From IMG/VR virus record IMGVR_UViG_3300045825_000202, positions 31,793-95,792 of that record: a stretch of DNA of 64,000 bases. One strand, given 5' to 3'. Below the pieces are notes generated by a model. That model made no database searches and was not told where the DNA came from. It saw only the letters and a list, made by a program, of their open reading frames with translations. Shown one piece after another: positions 57,139 to 64,000 of the stretch. The position numbers and the translations under genes were made by a program. How positions within the stretch are numbered: position 1 is the first letter of the stretch; the number at the start of each line of letters is the position of its first letter. Source of the stretch: a virus.

Positions 57139-57436
57139 ACTTAATAAGATTAATCGAGGCCCCTTCAGGAAGGTTCTTGCGCCAATATGCTAGCTGACTA
57201 GCTGTTATGTTAGATAGCCGTTCACTATTTATGTGACAGCAGTAGACTGAGCCTGATTCTTGAGGAAATATGATATAACCATCTTCAATATGTTCCGGTA
57301 AGTTGCCTGAACTAAGTTTCCAAGAATCTCCGCTAAGATATCCACCGAACCATCCAGCTAGAATCTTCCTACATTTTCCGTGTTCAACTGAGTTGATTTC
57401 TAGTATAACCCATGCGTCTGGTGTGTATGTGCTCAT
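57125..57436 (-). CDS. Conserved phage hypothetical protein
   Basis: YTPD.WV..KILAGW.GGYL.GDSWKLSSG..SGSVY.C. Confidence 0.75.
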   Translation of the reverse strand: MSTYTPDAWVILEINSVEHGKCRKILAGWFGGYLSGDSWKLSSGNLPEHIEDGYIIFPQESGSVYCCHINSERLSNITASQLAYWRKNLPEGASINLIKYANY

Positions 57437-57615
57437 GATAAGTGTTTATATTGGTTAAAGTATATTGTCTGATCTTCTACATAGAAGGATAGTGCTTCAC
57501 GTAAATTCTTAATCTGTTCGCGAAGATTTTTGATAACTCCCTCATTAAAATGAATACTACCAATTGCTACTTCTAAGTTATGCTTATTTGAGAATAAAGG
57601 TGAATCGTAAATCAT
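57433..57615 (-). CDS. Hypothetical protein
   Basis: Coupled ORF. Confidence 0.5.
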   Translation of the reverse strand: MIYDSPLFSNKHNLEVAIGSIHFNEGVIKNLREQIKNLREALSFYVEDQTIYFNQYKHLS

Positions 57616-57629
57616 GATATTTAATTAGT

Positions 57630-57704
57630 TGGTCCGGCGTAACAGAATTGAACTGCTATCAAAAGGGTAGAAACCTAATGTCTTATCCATTAGACGAACG
57701 CCAG
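57630..57704 (-). tRNA. tRNA-Arg(UCU)
   Basis: Loop UUUCUAC, canonical D and T arms, CCA. Confidence 0.78.
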
Positions 57705-57710
57705 AAGTAA

Positions 57711-57923
57711 TTAGGGCCTCTTACCTGATGGAAATAGTGAACGCCATACATATCCTAGAGGTTGGAGTTTAGGCTCATTAGCTAGGAATTTTTTCAAACG
57801 ATAGACTGAGATCCCATACGATTCCGATAAATCACTAATATGGGAACCTGTCCTATAAAATTCTAGGATGTCTTCTTCGTCTTGGCAAGAGAAATTAGTA
57901 GTATACTTATACTCTGAATCCAT
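57711..57923 (-). CDS. Small HTH-like protein
   Basis: I..FY..G..I.DLS..YGIS...LKK.L; behind the repeated cassette. Confidence 0.65.
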   Translation of the reverse strand: MDSEYKYTTNFSCQDEEDILEFYRTGSHISDLSESYGISVYRLKKFLANEPKLQPLGYVWRSLFPSGKRP

Positions 57924-57974
57924 TATATTCTCCGTTTAAGTATTAATTATAATGCTTTTCAGGATACAATTCAA
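57924..57974 (-). promoter_or_regulatory. Repeated early promoter + leader + RBS cassette
   Basis: TTGAAT-N17-TATAAT-TAATACTTAAACGGAGAAT. Confidence 0.85.
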
Positions 57975-57976
57975 CT

Positions 57977-58198
57977 CTAAAATCTTGCATCTTCTAGAAA
58001 GTCACATGCTTTACAGAATACTGTACCATCTTGCTTAGTATATGCACTATTTCTATTTTCCCACATTCCGCAATTATCGCACATTACTACACCTAGTAGA
58101 CTTATATCGGCCCACTCAGGATCTATCCTGAGTTGATTGCATACTGTGGCAAAGTCTTCTCTTGTGTGCAGTAATGCATCGTTCAATTTATTATACAT
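57977..58198 (-). CDS. Zn-finger small protein
   Basis: CDNCG.W...CKAC. Confidence 0.65.
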   Translation of the reverse strand: MYNKLNDALLHTREDFATVCNQLRIDPEWADISLLGVVMCDNCGMWENRNSAYTKQDGTVFCKACDFLEDARF

Positions 58199-58511
58199 TC
58201 TTAGTCTCTAGTTCAATCAGTAACTCAATACAATGTTTAGCTTTTTCTAGGTCAGGAATTCCTGCTTTATCTTTCCATCTAGTAACATACTTAATAACGT
58301 TTCCCTCTAAGAAAGGTATGTTATTAGCATGTATATACTCTACTGGCTGTATCTTTAGTTTCTTATAGTGATCACCACTAACTTGCTTATCAAGTGCGGT
58401 ATTACTAAGTTCTTGAATATCAGAACATCGTTCTCTACTAAAGGCTCTACGGTCTAGAATAGGTACCATACCATCATCTGTACTAATATAAATTGTTTTG
58501 GGATTACTCAT
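58191..58511 (-). CDS. DUF3310-family protein
   Basis: QV.GDHY..IQP.EYI..F.EGNVIKYV.R...K.G..DLEKA. Confidence 0.85.
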   Translation of the reverse strand: MSNPKTIYISTDDGMVPILDRRAFSRERCSDIQELSNTALDKQVSGDHYKKLKIQPVEYIHANNIPFLEGNVIKYVTRWKDKAGIPDLEKAKHCIELLIELETKNV

Positions 58512-58514
58512 GAG

Positions 58515-58694
58515 TTAAGGTTTGAGAAGGGAAGGTAATTCACGTTTTAGGCGAATTTGTGAAAGAAGGTTAGGGTGGATGTCTTTTAAAGGATTAGTAT
58601 TTCCCAAACTCTTTTGATACTTAATATAACTTGGAAGTAGTGTATCTAGAACTAGTGTCTCTAGTTCTTTAAGGTAGGTATGGGTAATAGACAT
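58515..58694 (-). CDS. Small hypothetical protein (59 aa, not in the ORF track)
   Basis: MSITHTYLKELE..; AGGA RBS; first gene of the leftward unit. Confidence 0.55.
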   Translation of the reverse strand: MSITHTYLKELETLVLDTLLPSYIKYQKSLGNTNPLKDIHPNLLSQIRLKRELPSLLKP

Positions 58695-58718
58695 AGGTAT
58701 CCTAAAAATGATGAAACT

Positions 58719-58872
58719 ATTATACCACTTAAGTACTTAGTTGTCGAGTCTAAAATTTTATTGCCTAATATTGCGTTTGGCGCAGCATCTATAAATTTGT
58801 TAGTTATTTACCACATAACTAACAAATACAAAGAAATTTAGGCTTGAAATTTCATATTAAAACGTGTATAAT
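58719..58872. promoter_or_regulatory. Divergent promoter pair at the strand switch
   Basis: Minus TCGACA-N17-TATAAT (58719-58747); plus TTGAAA-N17-TATAAT (58844-58872); hairpin atttgttagttat/ataactaacaaat between them. Confidence 0.75.
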
Positions 58873-58894
58873 AAAGCATTAAGAGAGGAATTAC

Positions 58895-59263
58895 GTGAAT
58901 AATCTAATAAACGAATTAAATGCACCAATCATAGAGTATAATGATAAAGGTGAACAGATTCAGCGAGCACCTACATCATTAATGATTAGAGCATCAAAAG
59001 CACTAAAACAGATGCTAGATATTAATCAGGCTAATAATATTGTGGTACAACAAAATCAGGCACATGTATCACATCTATTTGAACAGCTAAACCTTAAAGA
59101 TATTGAAATTAATCAACTAAAGAAAGAAGTAAATGAAGCTATATACAATGCTAAACAAGAAACTAGCGTGCTGGGAACTCCCGAACAACTTAACATATTC
59201 GGAAGCGATTCAGATAGTAAAGATGGAGGCCAAACCGAAGGGTGCGGTACTGGCACTTGTTGA
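58895..59263 (+). CDS. Hypothetical coiled-coil protein
   Basis: GTG start with GAGG RBS behind the promoter. Confidence 0.65.
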   Translation: MNNLINELNAPIIEYNDKGEQIQRAPTSLMIRASKALKQMLDINQANNIVVQQNQAHVSHLFEQLNLKDIEINQLKKEVNEAIYNAKQETSVLGTPEQLNIFGSDSDSKDGGQTEGCGTGTC

Positions 59264-59682
59264 AGCGGTGGATACTAGCGTTGAGCCTATGCTTGCCTAG
59301 GCATTTAGTAGATTTTAGTATACCAAGACTTCCATCATATAAAGAATTAATTTGTATGGCTACTAATGTATATCGCGAAGCGCGGGGTGAGTCAGTTGAT
59401 GGTCAAGTAGCAGTAACTAGAGTAGTTATGAATAGAATGAGTATAAAAGAATATCCTAATACAGCGTGTGGTGTAATTTACGCTAAGAATCAGTTTAGTT
59501 GGACTTCAAAGTATAAAAGTATTGTATATGACCAACAGTCTATTGACTCAGTAATCTTAGCGTATAATAGTAATGAGGAATTTACTGCTACTCACTATCA
59601 TAATACGTCTGTTAAGCCTAGTTGGAGAAAGCAACTTAAACAGGGTGTTACTATTGGTAACCATACTTTCTACGCACCATAA
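59242..59682 (+). CDS. SleB-like cell wall hydrolase (Hydrolase_2)
   Basis: C.A.NVY.EARGE..GQ.AV..V.MNR, QFSW, ATHYH...V.P.W, IGNH.FY. Confidence 0.9.
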   Translation: MRYWHLLKRWILALSLCLPRHLVDFSIPRLPSYKELICMATNVYREARGESVDGQVAVTRVVMNRMSIKEYPNTACGVIYAKNQFSWTSKYKSIVYDQQSIDSVILAYNSNEEFTATHYHNTSVKPSWRKQLKQGVTIGNHTFYAP

Positions 59683-59827
59683 TGTCATATACGTATATTC
59701 TAGAAACAATGAAGCTAACTGATTACTACCAGCATTCTGACGGGTACTGGGTAGAGCAATATGGAAATATTAAATGCATTTTCTTTCAATCTAATATAGG
59801 TTATTGTTGCAACACAATATTAACTAA

Positions 59828-60052
59828 ATGAAAGACTCATGGATTAGAGCTTCAACCGGTATTCTGCCAGAACTAGAACCTATCACTGTAGGGTGGAAAT
59901 CTAGTGAAGCAGTACTAGTACTTACTAGATTTAAGGTACCTGAGATTGGTATTCTTCAAACGTATGATGGTAAAACCACTTGGATAGTGCGAGACTATCT
60001 ATACCCCCTAGACTATGTTATTGAATGGCAACCAATTGTACTACATGAATAA
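59828..60052 (+). CDS. DUF551-like small protein
   Basis: WI.....LPE..VLV..V..WQP. Confidence 0.6.
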   Translation: MKDSWIRASTGILPELEPITVGWKSSEAVLVLTRFKVPEIGILQTYDGKTTWIVRDYLYPLDYVIEWQPIVLHE

Positions 60053-60145
60053 GTTACTAACCTTTATACGTAGTGACGCCTCCTACATTCTGTATGCCCT
60101 TTCCGCGGCTATGGCAGTCGCTTGTACTTATATTATCGCAACTAA

Positions 60146-61027
60146 ATGACAATTTCAGCAACTATCCTTCAAGACTCTATTGCTAATGGGGTACGTATTA
60201 CCACCTTTGAACTTATCTATAATAGATTCATCCATTCCGAACTGATGACACATAGAGTCTTTTCACGTAATGCGGCGTCTAGTAGGGCTATCCCTATTAA
60301 GACAATGAATAATAATATTCAAAGTAACCCTGCTATGCCTATTCATTGGGGTAAGAATCAGGCAGGAATGCAAGCGGGACAAGAACTAGAACAAGATGAC
60401 GCTAATGAGTGTCACTTTATCTGGTTAGAGGCTATGCATTCAGCAGTTAAGTTCTCTAATATTTTAGCAGAATTAGGTCTAGCAAAGCAAGCAGCAAATC
60501 GTATTACTGAGCCATTTAGTCATATGAAAACTATTGTCACTTCAACTGAATGGAGTAATTGGTACGAGTTGAGGGCCCACCCAGACGCTCAACCTGAGAT
60601 TCAAGAACTTGCTAAAGCTATGTGGGTTGAGCATATTGGGTCCGAACCACTTGAGCTAAAAGAGGGTGAATGGCACTTACCTTATATTCACCTAGAACGA
60701 GTAGGTGATAAGCTGACGTATAGCGTGGGTGACGTTCTATACACACTAGATGAAGCTAAACGACTTAGTGTATCTTGTTGTGCCCAAGTTAGTTACCGTA
60801 AGAATGATCTTAGTCTAGAAAAGGCAGATGCTATTTACGATAGGCTTGTTAATATGAAACCATTCCATGCTAGCCCATTCGAGCATCAGGCTAGTCCGCT
60901 AGTATATGATAGAGATAATTGGGATCTATATGATGAATGGCCTATAGGGAGTACTCATATAGATAAGTATGGAAATTTCTGGTCGAATAACTTTAGAGAG
61001 TGGCTACAAAATCGTAGTCTAATGTAA
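60146..61027 (+). CDS. thyX: Flavin-dependent thymidylate synthase
   Basis: HSELMTHR.FSRN..SSRAIP, KQ.ANR..EPF, LR.H.DAQPEI, HASPFEH. Confidence 0.88.
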   Translation: MTISATILQDSIANGVRITTFELIYNRFIHSELMTHRVFSRNAASSRAIPIKTMNNNIQSNPAMPIHWGKNQAGMQAGQELEQDDANECHFIWLEAMHSAVKFSNILAELGLAKQAANRITEPFSHMKTIVTSTEWSNWYELRAHPDAQPEIQELAKAMWVEHIGSEPLELKEGEWHLPYIHLERVGDKLTYSVGDVLYTLDEAKRLSVSCCAQVSYRKNDLSLEKADAIYDRLVNMKPFHASPFEHQASPLVYDRDNWDLYDEWPIGSTHIDKYGNFWSNNFREWLQNRSLM

Positions 61028-61109
61028 CCTAGGGGCTCGAAGATAAAAGTATTTTTACTTGAATCTTCGAGCCTTTTGTTTTATAATAGACTATTGAAAA
61101 GGAAATAAT

Positions 61110-61451
61110 ATGATCACTTGCACAGCCTTGGCAATAGGGCTACATATTGCTACGTACCACTTTAACCGAGACGCACACTATAACGAAACTAATCCCGGTA
61201 TCTACGCTAACTGCAATAACTATATAGTAGGAACGTACTATAATAGTTACAGTAATAGGTCTAGTTACGTGGCCTATAACTTTAAGCATATAGTAGGTCC
61301 AGTTGACGTTATGGTAGGAGTTGTTAATGGTTATGCTACTGGTAATCAATTAATGATCATTCCTTCTGTTAAGTTTGAGCACTTTCGTGTTAGTCTAATT
61401 CCAGCCGCTGCTAGTAAGGGTGGTGGGATCCATTTTACTTATGAATTTTAA
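61110..61451 (+). CDS. Small PagP-like beta-barrel protein
   Basis: YHF.R...YNE.NPG, YYNSY...S.Y, alternating beta strands, C-terminal Phe. Confidence 0.5.
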   Translation: MITCTALAIGLHIATYHFNRDAHYNETNPGIYANCNNYIVGTYYNSYSNRSSYVAYNFKHIVGPVDVMVGVVNGYATGNQLMIIPSVKFEHFRVSLIPAAASKGGGIHFTYEF

Positions 61452-61659
61452 TATGAAGAATAACTGGATTAAAGTAGAAGATAGTCTTCCAGAACTATAT
61501 AAAGTTAGTGATGAATGGAGTACTAGTACAGAAGTATTATGTACTGATGGAGAAAATTTATATATCGCACACTATACTGTACTACTAGGTGAAGAACGGT
61601 GGGATGGTTTTAGTAACTATAAAAATATTACTCATTGGCAATATGTGGAGCTACCATGA
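61420..61659 (+). CDS. DUF551-like small protein
   Basis: WIKVEDSLPE..VLCTDG..ITHWQ...LP. Confidence 0.7.
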   Translation: MVGSILLMNFNMKNNWIKVEDSLPELYKVSDEWSTSTEVLCTDGENLYIAHYTVLLGEERWDGFSNYKNITHWQYVELP

Positions 61660-61789
61660 TTAAATCAATTAAAACACTTATAGTTTTAGTAGTCTACGTA
61701 GCTCTAGGGAGTGCTGCTATAGGTTTTACACTTGGTATAGTATTTGGAATTATTAAAGTAACATTTAAGTTGGTAGCTGGAGTATTTCT

Positions 61790-62605
61790 ATGATATTGCG
61801 TCTGTTGAGTGACCTTCATTTTGAAGGGGGGGTACACAAAGAACTTTATAAGACTCAAGGTGAAGATATCTTAGTTATTGCAGGGGATCTTAATGTAGCT
61901 GCTAGTGCAGTTTGGGGTGACCTAAAACGATTTGCTGAAGAACAGCCAAATATTGTGTATACAATGGGTAACCATGAGTTCTATAGGCAGAACTATCATG
62001 ATACCTGTAGAAAGCTAGAAGATTGGTCTAGATATACTAGTATCAAGATTCTAAATCCCGGAGTTACTTACTACTCTCCAATTACTAAAAAGCTGGAAGA
62101 TAAACCTATCCCTAGCGAAACAGAAGAAGATAAGTCTATTGCCTTTATTGGGGCCGCATTGTGGACAAACTTCAGAAACGACCCTATTAGCGCGCTTGCA
62201 GCGGCGAGCGGTATTAATGATTTTAAACTGATTGAGTTCGATAATCGTTACTTTACTCCCGCGGATGCGGCTGATCTATATAGGCAGCACTATGGGTACA
62301 TTAAACATATGTACGAGCAGATTAAACTAAAGAAGGTTATCGTAACTCATTTCCTACCTTGCGTAGAGTCGATTGATCCACAGTATCTAGGTAAAGATGG
62401 AGTTACTAGTACACTTAATGATTATTTTGCTAATGACTTGGGGGAGTGGATTGAGGGGTTAGAAAACGTCCCTTATTTTCTGCACGGCCATACTCACTCT
62501 AACGTAGATGTTACTATTGGTAGTACTCAGGTTATTGCACAACCTTATGGATACGGTACTAATAGGAACTATAAAGAAAGGTTAATTGATGTACGACTTT
62601 CATAA
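61790..62605 (+). CDS. Calcineurin-like metallophosphoesterase
   Basis: SDLHFE, AGD, GNHEFY, LWTNF, THFLP, HGHTH. Confidence 0.9.
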   Translation: MILRLLSDLHFEGGVHKELYKTQGEDILVIAGDLNVAASAVWGDLKRFAEEQPNIVYTMGNHEFYRQNYHDTCRKLEDWSRYTSIKILNPGVTYYSPITKKLEDKPIPSETEEDKSIAFIGAALWTNFRNDPISALAAASGINDFKLIEFDNRYFTPADAADLYRQHYGYIKHMYEQIKLKKVIVTHFLPCVESIDPQYLGKDGVTSTLNDYFANDLGEWIEGLENVPYFLHGHTHSNVDVTIGSTQVIAQPYGYGTNRNYKERLIDVRLS

Positions 62606-62653
62606 GAGTCAGTTACTAAAGAACAGCGTGATGCTGGTAAGCGTAGAAACTAT

Positions 62654-63034
62654 ATGATAATGTATAGTACTCCTTCGCGTTTTAATGACTACTTTTACAG
62701 TTTGTTTACTAAGTCCGACCCTAAGTTGAGCAAACTTATGCCGAAGGCATCAACCCGCGCTAATAAGGCTAATAAGGCTAATAAGGCTAATAAGGCTAAT
62801 AAGGCTAATAAGGCTAATAAGGCTAATAAAGCTAATAAAGCTAATAAAGCTAATAAAGCTAATAAGGCTAATAAAGCTAATAAGGCTAATAAAGTTAATA
62901 AAGCTAATGACGAAGCTGAAAGGTATACTCGCACTAAAGCTAAGCCACGTGGTATGGATTACAATTTAATAATTTATGATGAACTTTTAAATTCTCAGGC
63001 ACTTGCAACTATTTTCAAAGTCCCCTCAACTTAG
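62654..63034 (+). CDS. Hypothetical protein containing an (ANK)16 tract
   Basis: ORF spans the 9-bp VNTR in frame. Confidence 0.5.
   Translation: MIMYSTPSRFNDYFYSLFTKSDPKLSKLMPKASTRANKANKANKANKANKANKANKANKANKANKANKANKANKANKANKVNKANDEAERYTRTKAKPRGMDYNLIIYDELLNSQALATIFKVPST
62759..62908 (+). repeat. 9-bp tandem repeat GCTAATAA(G/A), about 16.7 copies
   Basis: Read directly; one GTT variant unit. Confidence 0.97.
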
Positions 63035-63140
63035 GCACCTACGGACGACTAGCTATACTAAAATAATTTAAGGTATACTCGTACAAACAATTTTTTAACA
63101 ATGGAGTAACTACTCTGACCCTAGGGTCAAAATCATACAT

Positions 63141-63383
63141 ATGATTTACAAATATGAAATTAAATACGGCCAGAACCTACTCGCTCTGCCCCTAGGGTCA
63201 CGTATTATGGCTACAGGTTGGACTAATAACCAACTAGTAGTTTGGGCGGATACATCTGAAGCTGAGGTTATAGACCAGTATGTTATCTACGCAGTATTCA
63301 CGGGCTATAAAGTACCTAATAACTGTAAGTTTATTGGTACAGTAGTAGCAGATCTAGTCTACCACGTATTTGAGGAAAACTAA
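63141..63383 (+). CDS. Hypothetical protein
   Basis: IYKY.I..LP.G..I..VWA..TG...FIGTV..LVYHVFE pattern recurrent in phages. Confidence 0.7.
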   Translation: MIYKYEIKYGQNLLALPLGSRIMATGWTNNQLVVWADTSEAEVIDQYVIYAVFTGYKVPNNCKFIGTVVADLVYHVFEEN

Positions 63384-63539
63384 TGAATCTTAAAGATTTA
63401 CAAGGTACTTATCCCTACGCTGAGTTACTTAAAGAACGTAAAACTGATCTAAAAGATATAGTTATTGCTAATCTATCTAATGAGTGTGCAGACTTAAAGA
63501 ATGAGATTGTATATCTTAGAAATCAACTAAAGGATAATA

Positions 63540-63764
63540 ATGGAAAAGGTTAGTTTTAATAAAGGATTCTGTACTGAGCTACATAATAGTGATCTCCCTA
63601 TTAATGGTGGGCTAGTATCTGCTGATATCTATTCTACATCTAAAGAACCCACTCTCGCGAGTTTGTCGAGTGAGGTTGCGATGCTAAGGGCTGAAGTTAG
63701 AGGCTTGCTAGAAGATTTTGCTCTACTAAGGATTAATGATGCTAATATTGGTTTATGTGTTTGA
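63540..63764 (+). CDS. Hypothetical protein
   Basis: AAGGA RBS. Confidence 0.55.
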   Translation: MEKVSFNKGFCTELHNSDLPINGGLVSADIYSTSKEPTLASLSSEVAMLRAEVRGLLEDFALLRINDANIGLCV

Positions 63765-64000
63765 CGAGTTTGCGCGACTGGAGTAACTATGAGTACAATT
63801 GAAGCATTAGAATTAGCAGTAGATACACTAAAAAGTAACTATAGTGAAGAATACGCAGAAGTACTGAACACTCTAAATGACACAATCGAGTTTGAGAAGT
63901 GTAAGCTAGCTAAACTTCCAGTAGAGGGCTCTGTTAGGGCAACCCTAGCAATTGACGCTATGATGAAAGAATATAATTATCCTTGTAATCCTGCTAACGC

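Noticed and set aside
54172-57974. CRISPR array or attC-type array from the repeated ttctccgtttaagcattaattata
   Set aside because: Spacing is irregular, and each copy is a promoter leader plus RBS followed by an ORF; no cas or integrase gene is present.
62695-62934. Minus-strand (LLA)n membrane protein ORF
   Set aside because: Antisense shadow of the 9-bp repeat, opposing local transcription.
1-64000. Stop-codon reassignment
   Set aside because: Core genes are full length in code 11 and end at TAG (nrdJ, D10, primase, ligA), TGA or TAA; no intact suppressor tRNA was found.

Overview
A 64-kb, AT-rich segment of a lytic T5-like (Demerecviridae-type) siphovirus genome, translated with standard code 11. 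1-20.96 kb (+): tail tip/central fibre (open to the left edge), tail fibre with an S74 chaperone, small virion proteins, a double-LamG protein, spanins, holin, GH19 endolysin, PhoH, a family of three proteins with a shared N-terminal module, and a self-contained four-gene operon (Gly-rich/poly-Q protein plus collagen/fibre-like proteins). 21.0-46.4 kb (-): T5-order replication module with class II RNR, dUTPase, D15/D14/D13/D12/D11/D10, family A polymerase, primase, DnaB helicase (apparent ATA start), D5, split NAD ligase, Rnl2 RNA ligase, D2/D3 and four homing endonucleases. 44.7-58.7 kb (-): about 20 tRNA genes, several atypical (8/4 Ser, Ile-UAU, D-arm-poor Met, UCA-anticodon Cys-like). They are interleaved with tRNA-like RNAs, at least 10 non-coding elements closed by long near-perfect AU-rich stems, and small ORFs behind a repeated promoter-RBS cassette. 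58.8-64 kb (+): SleB-like hydrolase, ThyX, a PagP-like protein, a metallophosphoesterase and a 9-bp VNTR. Best candidates for undescribed biology: the stem-closed ncRNA set in the tRNA region and the 18.2-21.0 kb operon. All calls come from reading motifs by eye; no database searches or folding programs were run.
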